Shown here piece after piece: positions 8,752 to 19,684 of a DNA stretch of 64,000 nucleotides; position 1 is the stretch's first letter; each line of letters starts with the position of its first letter. The notes under the pieces are model-generated. The model was not told the DNA's origin. It did not search any database and saw only the letters and a program-made list of their open reading frames with translations. The stretch is from a virus (Duplodnaviria; Caudoviricetes): positions 32,001 to 96,000 of IMG/VR virus record IMGVR_UViG_3300032038_000015; one strand, written 5' to 3'. A program made the translations under genes and the position numbers.

Positions 8752-10896
8752 ATGGATGGAATTACAGCTTATGCTCTCTCAAAGAAAGTAGCTACTTCTG
8801 CTGTAAGTGGCGTTAAAAGTATGTCTGTTGATGGACAGACACTTACGATCAATACAAAGGATAGCGGAGTCCTCAAAATGGTATTCCCCACTCCTAGCAA
8901 TGGTCGTTCAGTAACAGATATTGACGTAAATGACAAGAATCAGATTGTATTTACTATGTCTGATGGAACGGAAATTACAAGTGGTGTTATTCCTACTGTT
9001 AAAGGTGCAGACGGAAAACCAGGAAAAGACGGTGATCCATTTACTTATGATGATTTTACAAAGGAACAGTTGGAGGAGTTAAAAGGTAAAGATGGTGTCT
9101 CACCAACTGTAACAATTACAGAATCTACTGGAAGACATACAATTTCATTTTCTGATAAAGACGGAGTTAAGTCAATTACTATTAAAGATGGCTCACCAGA
9201 AGATATGGCAAATTATTATACAAAAGATGAAACTGACGAGAAGCTAAATTTAAAAGCAAATACTTCTGATATTCCTATAATTCCAACTAATTTATCGGAA
9301 TTAAATAACGATGAAAACTATATTAAAAACACAGCAGAAAATCTTACGAATTATTATAAAAAAACAGAAACATACTCTCAAACAGAAGTTAATACATTAT
9401 TGGCAAATATAAATAAATTAACTTCTAAGATAGTTACAGAACTTCCATCAGAAAATATAAGCGAAAATACAATTTATCTTATTGAAGTCGAGAATCAAAA
9501 AAATGTGTATATGCAGTATATGTATATTAACGGTTCTTTTGCTGCACTTGGTACGACAGCCATTGATTTATCGAATGTTTATACAAAAGGCGAGGTGGAT
9601 AAAAAACTTGAAGAAAAGGCAGATAAGACCGAAATTCCAACGATACCCACTCTTATATCGTCTTTTACAAATGATAAGGGTTATATGACCGAATTTACAG
9701 AAACAGATCCGACTGTTCCTGCATGGGCAAAAACAGAAAATAAACCAAGTTATACTGCTGCGGAAGTTGGTGCATTACCAGAAGATACTGAAATTCCTAT
9801 ATTTATAAATAAAACCGTCTTGGACGGAATTACAAGCGAAAAGATAAAAGAATGGGATGCTAAAAGTGATTTTGATGGTGATTACAATAGTCTTATAAAT
9901 AAACCAGACACTTCTAATTCGGAGGAAACTAAAACTCATATTCTTACAGATATTTATGGTGAAACTGGTGTGCACGGTATGCGTTACTTCAATGGTACAC
10001 TTCAAGTTCAAAATGAGGATAATGACTGGATTGATATTGAAACAGGTGACGGCGGTGACGGCGGTGACGGTGGTGACGGTGGTGACGGTGGTGACGGTGG
10101 TGACGGCGGAAACGATGATTTAAAAATAGTTACCTTTGCAAACGGTACAGATGAAGAAATAAAAGCTATGATAGACGCTCATTATGCAAATAAAATAAAT
10201 ATCAGAGATTATTGGGCGGTGGGTGACAAACGTACAGTACATTTATCTGCAATGTCAGCTACAGGAGTAGGCGAAAGTCATAGAGAGCAAGATGTTCAAT
10301 TTGCTATTGCAGATTTCGACCACGATGATTTAACCACTGCTATCAACGGACACACAGAAGCGGCTGTAACATTAACACAAGTTGATTGTTTAATGAATGA
10401 GGTAAATGCTAATTCTCCTACAAGTGGAAGTTCTAATACAGAAAATGGATATATAAACAGTACAAATACTAATAGTGGTGGATGGACTTCTTCCGCCAGA
10501 AGAACATGGTGTAATGATGTTTATTATAATGCATTGCCTGATTCTTTTAAGTCAATGGTAAAACCAGTAAAGAAACTTACTTCTGCTGGTGCAAAATCTA
10601 CGACCATAAACACAACAGTTGATAAAGTATTTTTACTTTCTGAGGTTGAAATATATGGTAAAACCAAATATTCTGTAGCTGGTGAAGGAAGTCAGTATAC
10701 TTATTATAAAACTACTTCTAATAGATATAAGAATCCAAAATGGTCAAGTTCTTCTTCTTCTAATAGTAATATCTATTGGCAACGCTCTCCTGGTAGTAGC
10801 GACTCGGCTTACTTCTGTTATGTCAGCTACAATGGCAGTAAGGACAACGACAATGCGAGCAACGCTATTGGACTCGCTTCCTGCTTATGTATATAA
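8752..10896 (+). CDS. fibre-like structural protein with collagen-like and YY/YTK repeats and a C-terminal DUF6273/CLec-type domain (DGR-target-like)
   Basis: GADGKPGKDG; repeats NYYTKDETD and NVYTKGEVD; C-terminus DKVFLLSEVE..YWQRSP..GLASCLCI. Confidence 0.7.
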   Translation: MDGITAYALSKKVATSAVSGVKSMSVDGQTLTINTKDSGVLKMVFPTPSNGRSVTDIDVNDKNQIVFTMSDGTEITSGVIPTVKGADGKPGKDGDPFTYDDFTKEQLEELKGKDGVSPTVTITESTGRHTISFSDKDGVKSITIKDGSPEDMANYYTKDETDEKLNLKANTSDIPIIPTNLSELNNDENYIKNTAENLTNYYKKTETYSQTEVNTLLANINKLTSKIVTELPSENISENTIYLIEVENQKNVYMQYMYINGSFAALGTTAIDLSNVYTKGEVDKKLEEKADKTEIPTIPTLISSFTNDKGYMTEFTETDPTVPAWAKTENKPSYTAAEVGALPEDTEIPIFINKTVLDGITSEKIKEWDAKSDFDGDYNSLINKPDTSNSEETKTHILTDIYGETGVHGMRYFNGTLQVQNEDNDWIDIETGDGGDGGDGGDGGDGGDGGDGGNDDLKIVTFANGTDEEIKAMIDAHYANKINIRDYWAVGDKRTVHLSAMSATGVGESHREQDVQFAIADFDHDDLTTAINGHTEAAVTLTQVDCLMNEVNANSPTSGSSNTENGYINSTNTNSGGWTSSARRTWCNDVYYNALPDSFKSMVKPVKKLTSAGAKSTTINTTVDKVFLLSEVEIYGKTKYSVAGEGSQYTYYKTTSNRYKNPKWSSSSSSNSNIYWQRSPGSSDSAYFCYVSYNGSKDNDNASNAIGLASCLCI
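10045..10107 (+). repeat. 9-bp tandem repeat (GGTGACGGY)x7 encoding a Gly-Asp-Gly linker
   Basis: Seven units read directly from the sequence. Confidence 0.95.
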
Positions 10897-10915
10897 GGAA
10901 GGAGGTTAAAGTAAT

Positions 10916-11146
10916 ATGACAAAAAATGAAAAAATGGAAATCTACAAAGCTATAAATGATGTATCTAAAAAAGTAAACGATGTTTCATTGAAATTAGATG
11001 AACTTATCTTAAAACTGAACGATGAAACAAATAAAAGAATAAATATAAATGCAAATGCCGTTGATGATATTGCTGAAATGTTATCTACCCATGATAGCGC
11101 AATAGACGAATTAGCAACTATTGTTGTGGAAGGGAATGGTGAATAA
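10916..11146 (+). CDS. coiled-coil hypothetical protein
   Basis: RBS GGAGG; heptad pattern. Confidence 0.6.
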   Translation: MTKNEKMEIYKAINDVSKKVNDVSLKLDELILKLNDETNKRININANAVDDIAEMLSTHDSAIDELATIVVEGNGE

Positions 11147-11310
11147 TGGTTATATTCTATGTTGAAAGAGTTAAAAATGGAATGAATCTATGGATTAATG
11201 TGCCTAAGTTGTGGAATAAAAAGGTACAAACTGAATTAGTTGCACAGGGATATACTTTAAATGACGATGGTACTGTGAGTAAAGATGATGAATTCTTATT
11301 AGGTAAATAG
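11146..11310 (+). CDS. CD1375-like small protein (MVIFYVERVKNG...VPKLWNKKVQTEL)
   Basis: 54-aa coupled ORF; the VP.LW...V motif is typical of small genes that follow fibre genes. Confidence 0.6.
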   Translation: MVIFYVERVKNGMNLWINVPKLWNKKVQTELVAQGYTLNDDGTVSKDDEFLLGK

Positions 11311-11525
11311 TTGTCAAGAGTCTCGTGATGTAGGTTGCGAGGCTCTTTTAAAAAGAGAATAAATATATAGCCAACTATGAGAGGATTGTTACTGTTTCGA
11401 TTGCAGGTAGTTGGAATCAAGAGAAGAATAACGAGGACTGATCATCTTCGTGAATGACTGTACTCCATATCCAGTCACTCTTCTCTTCTATTATTGTTGA
11501 TATGGAGAGATTGGAGAAATGATGA

Positions 11526-13256
11526 ATGGAACAAAATTATTCAAGAAAAAGATTGACAGATGAAGAATACAAACAAAGAATTTTTAAATTGTATGGTAAT
11601 GATATAACTGTATTAGAACCATATGTAAATCAAAGAACAAAAATTTTACATAGGTGCAATATTCATAACTATGAATGGAAAGCACGTACTCGCCAAATGG
11701 CAGAAGGACACAATGGATGTAAATATTGTTCGTCAGAAAAAAGAAGCCAAGGATTAACACAAAATCTTGATAAAGTAAAAGAAAAATTAAGAAAAACATG
11801 TGGTGATGAATTTACATTAAATGATGATAATGAATATTTAGGGCATAATGAAAAAATGTATTTTACCCACCATTTACCAGATGGTAGTTCCCATACATTA
11901 TATTCTAAACCAGATAGAATTTATAAATGTAAATGTCCTGTATGTTCTGGAATGCAAGTATGTGTTGGGTTAAATGATATTTGGACTACTAATCCAGATT
12001 TGGGAAATTTATTAGCAAATCCTGAAGATGGTTTTAAATATATGCAAAATAGTAATAAACATACAGATTTTAAATGTCCAACATGCGGATATATTTGTAA
12101 AGACAAATCTATTAATCAAGTAAATAGAGATATGGATGTAAGATGTCCTGTTTGTAAGGATGGTATATCATATCCAAATAAGTTGATATTCAATTCACTT
12201 TTACAAATAAAAGATAAGTTAGATTTTTTGGAAAGAGAATATCGACCAAAATGGTGTAAATTTGAATTAAAAGGTAAAACTCGTACAGGTATATATGATA
12301 TATATTTTGGAATAAATAACAAACAATACATAGTTGAGATGGACGGAGGTTTTCACGAAAAACTTCATAGCAAAGTAAAACAATATACTTTAGATGATAT
12401 AAAATATATTGATAGTATGAAAGATAAATTAGCAATCAATCATGGAATTGAAATGATAAGAATTGATTGCTCGTATGATTACCATGATAGATACATATAC
12501 ATTCTTAATAACATTCTAAATTCTAATCTTACCAAAATTCTTCCGTTAGAATCCATTAATTTTGATGAAGCAAATATAAAGTCGCAAAAATCATTATTGG
12601 TTGAAGCATGTGATTTATGGAATAAAGGATACACAGCACATGAAATTATGTCAGAATTAAACATCGGTAAATGGTTAGTACCTTCTTATTTGAAGCAAGG
12701 TCAAAAATATGGCTTATGTGCCAATTATTCTGCACAAAATAGTAGTATAAGATCTTCTGGTACAAAAGTTACATGTGTCAATACTGGCATTTCATATTCT
12801 ACTCTTACAGAACCAGGTAAACTGTATAATATTTGTGATAAAGGGATTTTAGATTGTTGTCGTGGAAATGATTTTTCTGCTGGAAAAGACTTAAATACTG
12901 GTGAGAAATTATTTTGGATGTATACCGATGATTATAATAAATTAAGTAAAAAGGAAATTATACACTATCTCATAGATAAGAAAGTAAAAAGTTATACAGA
13001 AAATATTTCTGGCAAAGCGGTGTATTGTACAACAACAGATGAAATATTTGATAGTATCATGGATGCTGAAAGAGCTTATGATGGTAATCAATGTGGAATT
13101 AGAAAATGTTGTAGAGGAGAAATGAATACAAGTGGTTCTCTACAAGATGGGACAAGATTAAAATGGATGTTCCTAAGTGATTATGTTGAAAAGAACAATA
13201 TGACTATGGAAGAGTTTGTAACGAAACGTTACTACTCTTCTTTTTTATTGGAATAA
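11526..13256 (+). CDS. zinc-ribbon-repeat endonuclease (Vsr/PD-(D/E)xK-like) with NUMOD-like C-terminal repeats
   Basis: Multiple CxxC motifs; YDIYF..IVEMDGGFH; I..CCRG repeats. Located immediately upstream of the terminase genes. Confidence 0.7.
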   Translation: MEQNYSRKRLTDEEYKQRIFKLYGNDITVLEPYVNQRTKILHRCNIHNYEWKARTRQMAEGHNGCKYCSSEKRSQGLTQNLDKVKEKLRKTCGDEFTLNDDNEYLGHNEKMYFTHHLPDGSSHTLYSKPDRIYKCKCPVCSGMQVCVGLNDIWTTNPDLGNLLANPEDGFKYMQNSNKHTDFKCPTCGYICKDKSINQVNRDMDVRCPVCKDGISYPNKLIFNSLLQIKDKLDFLEREYRPKWCKFELKGKTRTGIYDIYFGINNKQYIVEMDGGFHEKLHSKVKQYTLDDIKYIDSMKDKLAINHGIEMIRIDCSYDYHDRYIYILNNILNSNLTKILPLESINFDEANIKSQKSLLVEACDLWNKGYTAHEIMSELNIGKWLVPSYLKQGQKYGLCANYSAQNSSIRSSGTKVTCVNTGISYSTLTEPGKLYNICDKGILDCCRGNDFSAGKDLNTGEKLFWMYTDDYNKLSKKEIIHYLIDKKVKSYTENISGKAVYCTTTDEIFDSIMDAERAYDGNQCGIRKCCRGEMNTSGSLQDGTRLKWMFLSDYVEKNNMTMEEFVTKRYYSSFLLE

Positions 13257-13274
13257 AAGGAAGGAAGTGACAGA

Positions 13275-14324
13275 ATGGCTAAATTAATACAGCCTTTATC
13301 AGAGCAAGAATTAAAGCAGGCTACATTAGTCAGTCTGCGCAAAGATTATGGTAAGCTATCCAATTTCTATCAAAGAATCATAAATGGGGAACTTACTCTT
13401 TGTCCTAAATGCGGTCAATGGAAATCCACAAAGATAAATTTTTATCAGTCAAATACGAGTCCTGATGGCGTAGAACATTATGGGTGTCGTGAGTGTATCC
13501 TTAATGATTGTACAGATTATGATAAATCTTCTGATACAAGAATTGATAATAAAGATAAAACTATTGAGACATTTAAACGTCTTGATTGGTATTTTGATGA
13601 AAAGGTATATAACGACCAATTAAAAATCTTAGCTGATGGTGTTGGTGAAAAAGTTCGTGGCACTGCTGCTCAACAGTGGATCGTGATGAGAGCTAGTCTC
13701 AATGACTATCGTTCAAAGAAGTTTGCTGATTCCGTATTTTTAGATGAAGATGAACAAACATTGCAACTTACTTCAAAAAGAAAACCACGTAAAGAAATTA
13801 TTAAATTGTTTGGATCTGGTTTTACATCAGAGGATTACTTATATTTACAAGATCAGTATGACGATTGGTGTGCGAGAACAGAGGTTGATAGCAAGAGTCA
13901 GCAGACTTATATAGTTAGAATCTGTTTTAAACTATTAGACATATATAAAGCCCAAAAAGCAGGTAAAGATACAGAAAAACTTGATAAATCATTGAATGAT
14001 TTATTAGCAGCGGCAAACCTTCAGCCCCGTCAAAATGTAGGAAATGCTTCTACTGATACACTGACATTTTCACAATTGATAAGCAAATGGGAATTGGAGA
14101 AGCCTGTGCCTACACCTGATCCAGAATTATGTGATGTATCAGGAATTGGTAAAAAAATAAGAGTGTGGTTTGGTGGTTGGTTGGCAAATGCTTTGGGATT
14201 AGATGTTCCACAGTCACAAGAGTACATTGAAGAAGTCGAAAAATATACGGTAACAAAACCTAGTGTAGAAGAAAAAGAAGGTAGTTCTGCAATATATCAA
14301 AAAATGTATGGTTCTGAGGAGTAA
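13275..14324 (+). CDS. putative terminase small subunit or packaging-associated protein
   Basis: Position just before terL; CxxC motifs. Confidence 0.5.
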   Translation: MAKLIQPLSEQELKQATLVSLRKDYGKLSNFYQRIINGELTLCPKCGQWKSTKINFYQSNTSPDGVEHYGCRECILNDCTDYDKSSDTRIDNKDKTIETFKRLDWYFDEKVYNDQLKILADGVGEKVRGTAAQQWIVMRASLNDYRSKKFADSVFLDEDEQTLQLTSKRKPRKEIIKLFGSGFTSEDYLYLQDQYDDWCARTEVDSKSQQTYIVRICFKLLDIYKAQKAGKDTEKLDKSLNDLLAAANLQPRQNVGNASTDTLTFSQLISKWELEKPVPTPDPELCDVSGIGKKIRVWFGGWLANALGLDVPQSQEYIEEVEKYTVTKPSVEEKEGSSAIYQKMYGSEE

Positions 14325-14329
14325 TTGTT

Positions 14330-16090
14330 ATGGCTACAAGTAATAAAACAAACGCTCAGATTGAACAAGATAGAACTGCACAAATTATGAACATAGTTGC
14401 AGAACGTGCAGGATTTTACCGTGAAAATTTAGACATTTTTTGTAGGGATTACCTCCAAATAACCAACTTAAAATGGTTTCAAAAAATACTTTTATGGGCT
14501 ATGGATAAACATGATAATACACTTCTACTGGCTTGTAGAGGATTGGGAAAAACTTATATTTGCGCTTTGTTCGCAGTTTGTAGGGCGATCCTGTACCCAG
14601 GGGAACAGATTCTTTCAGTATCGGCAACCTTTAAGCAATCCAAAAATTTAATTCAGAAAATAACTGATGATTTTATGTTGAAATCGCCTTTGCTTAGAAG
14701 CGAAATTTTAAAATACAGTACAGGACAAAATGATTGTTATATTCAATTTAAGTCTGGTTCTATTATTAAAGCAATTACTGCTACAGAATCCAGTCGTGGA
14801 TTTCGCTCACATATTATACTTGTGGATGAAAGTCGGCTTATTCCACCAAATGTAGTATCTTCTATTCTTAGACCTATGAATGCCACTCCAAGACAACCAG
14901 GATATATGAAAGACCCACAGTATGCTTCTCTCGCAGAAATGCCAAAGGAGGTGTACCTTACCAGTAGTTGGTACGCCATGTCAGATTTATACTCACAAGC
15001 TAAGTCTTATGCGGCTAACATGCTAGATCCAAATTTAAGCTACTTCATAGTAGACTTGCCGTATCAAGTGAGTATACGAGAAGGACTTTTAATGCGTCAG
15101 CAGATAATGAACGAAATGACAGAAGCAACATTTTCAGACATTATCTTTATGATGGAAAGAGAGGGAAAATTCTATGGAAGTGCCGCTGATGCACTTTTCG
15201 ATTACAAAGTTTTGAATGAAAGACGAATACTTCAAGACTGTCTGTTTCCACTTGAATATTATCGAGTCAATTCACTTAAAATTCCAGAAAAGAAAAAGGA
15301 CGAAATCAGAATATTATCAATAGATATTGCATTGATGGGTTCAAAGAAAAGAGATAACGATGCAACTTGTATAACAATACATTCTGCTACTCCTACTTCT
15401 TCTAATGATTACATGGATAATATAGTATATGTTGAATCTCAAGAAGGTCTACTTGCAGAAGATTTGGGATTATTGATTTTAAGAGAATTTTATCAATATG
15501 ACTGTGATTATATTGCGATTGATGGTTCTGGTGTCGGACAACCTATAGTAGATTATTTGATATATTCGGATAGATATGATCCAGTTTATAATGTCACATA
15601 TCCTTGTCTTAACTGTGCTAATAATACTGAAATATCAGATAGATGTAAAGTAAAAACTGCCCCAAAGGTTATTTATGTTATTAAAGCAAATGCAAAATCA
15701 AATAATGATATGTATTTGGCACTTAGAGCAGGATTTCAAAATGGATATATTAATATGCTTGCTAGTGATATTAACATCGAAGAACATTTAAGTAAAATAC
15801 GTGGATATAGTAAATTATCTGCAAATCAAAAAGCGTTAATGTTATTACCATATTTACAAACAACATTGATGATAAATGAGTTAATAAATTTACAGTGTGA
15901 TTCATCTGGTGTTCTTATAAAAGTAAAGGAAAGAACTGGAATGAGAAAGGATAGAGTCTCAAGTTGCATGTATGGATACAACATCTGTCAGATTTTATCT
16001 GCTAAAAACAAACCAAAAAATAATAATACTTTAGATCTCATCAACAAACTTCCAATCCGTCAAGGTAAGCGATTTTCAATGTTTAATTAA
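14330..16090 (+). CDS. terL: terminase large subunit
   Basis: Walker A CRGLGKT, Walker B ILVDE; nuclease motifs LSIDIA, IAIDG and RKDR. Confidence 0.92.
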   Translation: MATSNKTNAQIEQDRTAQIMNIVAERAGFYRENLDIFCRDYLQITNLKWFQKILLWAMDKHDNTLLLACRGLGKTYICALFAVCRAILYPGEQILSVSATFKQSKNLIQKITDDFMLKSPLLRSEILKYSTGQNDCYIQFKSGSIIKAITATESSRGFRSHIILVDESRLIPPNVVSSILRPMNATPRQPGYMKDPQYASLAEMPKEVYLTSSWYAMSDLYSQAKSYAANMLDPNLSYFIVDLPYQVSIREGLLMRQQIMNEMTEATFSDIIFMMEREGKFYGSAADALFDYKVLNERRILQDCLFPLEYYRVNSLKIPEKKKDEIRILSIDIALMGSKKRDNDATCITIHSATPTSSNDYMDNIVYVESQEGLLAEDLGLLILREFYQYDCDYIAIDGSGVGQPIVDYLIYSDRYDPVYNVTYPCLNCANNTEISDRCKVKTAPKVIYVIKANAKSNNDMYLALRAGFQNGYINMLASDINIEEHLSKIRGYSKLSANQKALMLLPYLQTTLMINELINLQCDSSGVLIKVKERTGMRKDRVSSCMYGYNICQILSAKNKPKNNNTLDLINKLPIRQGKRFSMFN

Positions 16091-16110
16091 AGGAGGTGCA
16101 TTAACGAAAA

Positions 16111-17715
16111 ATGCCAAGAACAAAGAAAGCGGATGCTAATGCACCTGCTACTACAAATACAACTAAGAAGACGAACTCAACGTCCTCTTCTATTTATTCA
16201 AAACAACCTACGGCTGCTGAGATGAAAGAATTTTATGAAAAAAATAAACGTAGGATTGAAAATTTTGATTCAGCGAATGAAGCTTTTACTAACTTTAGAG
16301 ATACTTCAAAATCAACAACCTACACTACTATTAGTAACTTTAATAAAGAAGACCTTAGAAGTTATTTACAAAATATTACTTCTAACGAGGTCAATTTACG
16401 AAACCTGTCAAGATATCTCTATTATCGTTCTCAGGTATATTTCAGACTTATTGCATATAATGCCAACATGTTCTGTTTGGATGCAAGAACTGTAATTCCT
16501 GAATATGATTTGGTTGAAGATAATGATAAAGATGCAGTGAAAAAATCATATAATGACACACTAAAAGTTCTTGACAAGATGAACTTACAGTATGAATTTC
16601 TTAAAGCATATATGACATGTTTTAGAGAAGATGTATTTTATGGTTGCTATTATTTTAATCCAGAATCAGACGGGAAAACACCATTCTTTATTCTTCCACT
16701 TCCAGCAGATTATTGTAGAATTTCTGGTGTGTATACAGATACAGGTGACTTCGCATTCACAATGAATATGGATTATTTTAAAAGAAACAAAGACTTACTG
16801 GATCTTTGGGGTGAACCGTTTGTTTCTATGTATAATAAGTCACAGCAAAGCGGAGAAAGTAAATGGCAACCAATCGGAGAACAAGGTGTCTGTTTGAAAT
16901 TCCATGCTGAAGACTGGGAGACTATCGTTCCCGTGTTTAGCGGATTATTAAATTCATTAATAAACTTATTGGATCTTGAAGATATTCAAAGCATTGCAGA
17001 CCAACAGGAAATATACAAAATGATTTGGATGGAACTTGAAACATTATCTGGCGCAGATGACGTAAATGAATGGAAAGTTGATCCAGACTTAGTATTACCT
17101 TATTGGCAAAGAATGGTAAATGAAGCTTTGCCTGATTATACTTCTGCTGCTATTATTCCTGGAAAAATCAATCAGATTAGTTTTGATAGTGATAAGGCAA
17201 CAGATACAAATAAAGTAGAAAATGCTACAAAAACAGTTCTAAATACTTCTGGCGGTGCTCAAATTTTAAATTCTAGTTCTATCTCAGGATCTACGGCATT
17301 TAACGCTGCGATTAGAGCCGATACAGAGTTCGCTATTTCTATGCTTTTACCTCAAACGCAAGCTATTGTCAATAGAATTATATCTTATTATGTTGATAAT
17401 CCAAGTTTTGTTAAATTTATCGAAATATCTGTTTATACAAAAGATGCTTATAAGGATAGTATTCTTAAAGATAATACATACGGTCTTGCACCAAAATTAT
17501 TGGTAAATAGTTTAAATGGTTTCTCAGAAAGAGAAACGCTATCTCTTCATTTCTTGGAAAATGAATGTTTAAATCTCAATTTTGTTCCAGTTCAAAGTTC
17601 ACATACAACATCAAATACTGGTGATAATGAGGGAGTTAAACCTACTCTTACTGACACTGAAATTTCAGATGAGGGCGAAGCTAGTCGTGATAAAAAAGAC
17701 AAAGCTAAAGGCTAA
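16111..17715 (+). CDS. portal protein
   Basis: 534 aa directly after terL; SPbeta-like synteny. Confidence 0.8.
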   Translation: MPRTKKADANAPATTNTTKKTNSTSSSIYSKQPTAAEMKEFYEKNKRRIENFDSANEAFTNFRDTSKSTTYTTISNFNKEDLRSYLQNITSNEVNLRNLSRYLYYRSQVYFRLIAYNANMFCLDARTVIPEYDLVEDNDKDAVKKSYNDTLKVLDKMNLQYEFLKAYMTCFREDVFYGCYYFNPESDGKTPFFILPLPADYCRISGVYTDTGDFAFTMNMDYFKRNKDLLDLWGEPFVSMYNKSQQSGESKWQPIGEQGVCLKFHAEDWETIVPVFSGLLNSLINLLDLEDIQSIADQQEIYKMIWMELETLSGADDVNEWKVDPDLVLPYWQRMVNEALPDYTSAAIIPGKINQISFDSDKATDTNKVENATKTVLNTSGGAQILNSSSISGSTAFNAAIRADTEFAISMLLPQTQAIVNRIISYYVDNPSFVKFIEISVYTKDAYKDSILKDNTYGLAPKLLVNSLNGFSERETLSLHFLENECLNLNFVPVQSSHTTSNTGDNEGVKPTLTDTEISDEGEASRDKKDKAKG

Positions 17716-17731
17716 ATAGGGGGATCTTAAT

Positions 17732-17905
17732 ATGAAATACAATTTTATTAAAACCTCCGACAAGGAGACAAAGGAAAAACTTCTTAAAGAAGGTTTTAAA
17801 TTGGTATCTCAAGATGGGAACGTGGCTACATTTGTAAATAATCACTCTCTCACTTTTGAAAATACAAACAATAAAATTCAGTATAGCAACATGCTTACAT
17901 TCTAA
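17732..17905 (+). CDS. small hypothetical protein (57 aa)
   Basis: RBS AGGGGG; MKYNFIKTSDKETKEKLLKEGFKL. Confidence 0.6.
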   Translation: MKYNFIKTSDKETKEKLLKEGFKLVSQDGNVATFVNNHSLTFENTNNKIQYSNMLTF

Positions 17906-17960
17906 CCACTCTCCTATCTTGAGTGGTATATCAACAAAGAAAGGAGGAATAGGTTAAATA

Positions 17961-19607
17961 ATGCCCAAAAAGAAGAAAAGACGAATTATGTCTATTGATG
18001 AGCTATATGAGTTCTGTTTAAAGAATAATTTTGCTCATTTTGATAGTAATGAATTCGGTAAAGAACTCATGGTTCGAATGAATGGTAATTTTGAAAAAAC
18101 TTCCAAGGATGAAGATAAACATAAAGAGTCTCTTACTCCATTCGTCAGTCGTGCATTTCACGATCATGTCAATCTCAATAAATCGGAAATCTCCGAAGAA
18201 TCTTTCAATGAAAATGTCCCATCAGCAAACTTTCGCCCAATCTTAGCACATATCACTACCAACTCAGACAATGAATTAGACTTCGGTAGCCATGATTATT
18301 ATGTGACTACTGACAAAGATGGTAATGACAAAGTTGTATATGAAGAACAGCCTATCGGTGTTATTGATGGTACAAAGACTACTATTGAATATGATGAAGA
18401 CGCTGGCGTAAATCGTGCAGTTTTGCATGGTTATTTATACGATGAGTATTGTCAAGATGCAATTGAGATTCTGAATAGACGTGGAACTGTAGATTGTTCG
18501 GTGGAATTATGCATAAGAGAGTTATCTTTTAATAATGAAAACAAGACTCTTTTATTAGATGATTTTTATGTATCAGGTCTAACTTTGCTATCGAAGGATG
18601 TATCACCAGGAATGGCAGGAAGCAATTTCAAAATTGAAGATTTTGCAGTAACCACAGAAACTGCAACATTTAATACAGATAATCAATTGGTTGAAACTTT
18701 AGAGAAATTAACAAATATTCTCGAAAGCTTTGATATAAAAAATAATCCAAGAAAGGAGGAAACACGAGTGGTCAACAAGGATTTTGAGGAAGTTACTGAA
18801 ACTGAAGAGGTAACTGAGACAGAAGAAACCACCGAGGAGGAAGTAACTGTAACGAAGAATGAATCTGAAGAGACAGTCGATGAAACCTCCAAGGAAACTA
18901 CTGAGGAAGAAACTTCCGAAGAAGATACTGAAACAGAGTCTAAGAACGAAGAAACTGTCGAGGAAGAGAAAAAAGATTATTCTATTTCAGTTAAATATGC
19001 TGATAAAGAGTTTTCTATCTCATTACAGGAAAAGATTTATGCACTTTCAGATTTAGTAAACGCAACATATGCGGATTCTGATAATACATGGTATGGCGTA
19101 ATTGCTTATGAAGATTATGTAATTATGCAGGATTGGTGGTCAGGAAAATATTTTAAACAGACTTATAAAGAGGAAGGTGAAGTATTTACTCTTACTGGCG
19201 ATAGAATTCCTGTATTTGCAGAGTTTGTTACTCAGGAAGAATTAGATTCATTAAATGATATGCGTTCAAACTACGCTGCACTCAAAGAGTTTAAGGAGAC
19301 AGCAGAAAAGAATGAACTTCATGCAAAGCGTGAGGAAATTCTTGCAAATGAAAACTTCGCTTCTATCTCTGAAAAAGATGAAGAAGGAAAATTCATTAAT
19401 AAGGATTTTGAGAAACTGTATACAAATATGGATAACTACTCTCTCGAAGATTTAGAGAAGGAAGCAAAACTTATCTATGCAGATTCTAACATGAAGACTT
19501 TTGCAGCTACCACTGATAAAACTCAGAAAAAGTCAACTGTAAAAGTATTCGCCAATGTAAACAAGTCTAAGAAAGATAACCGTTACGGAAATCTTTTTAG
19601 TAAATAA
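17961..19607 (+). CDS. prohead protease/scaffold protein
   Basis: N-terminal H..VNLN and CSVEL, followed by a Glu/Thr-rich scaffold region; synteny. Confidence 0.75.
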   Translation: MPKKKKRRIMSIDELYEFCLKNNFAHFDSNEFGKELMVRMNGNFEKTSKDEDKHKESLTPFVSRAFHDHVNLNKSEISEESFNENVPSANFRPILAHITTNSDNELDFGSHDYYVTTDKDGNDKVVYEEQPIGVIDGTKTTIEYDEDAGVNRAVLHGYLYDEYCQDAIEILNRRGTVDCSVELCIRELSFNNENKTLLLDDFYVSGLTLLSKDVSPGMAGSNFKIEDFAVTTETATFNTDNQLVETLEKLTNILESFDIKNNPRKEETRVVNKDFEEVTETEEVTETEETTEEEVTVTKNESEETVDETSKETTEEETSEEDTETESKNEETVEEEKKDYSISVKYADKEFSISLQEKIYALSDLVNATYADSDNTWYGVIAYEDYVIMQDWWSGKYFKQTYKEEGEVFTLTGDRIPVFAEFVTQEELDSLNDMRSNYAALKEFKETAEKNELHAKREEILANENFASISEKDEEGKFINKDFEKLYTNMDNYSLEDLEKEAKLIYADSNMKTFAATTDKTQKKSTVKVFANVNKSKKDNRYGNLFSK

Positions 19608-19684
19608 AACAAGAAATATAAATCATTGTAATGGCACTCAAATTGAGTGTCTTTTTTAATGCAAAAATTTAAGGAGGATAAAAC

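Noticed and set aside
11445-11460. Hammerhead ribozyme (CTGATCA here, CTGATGT at 8315)
   Set aside because: The core does not match CUGANGA with a correctly placed GAAA.
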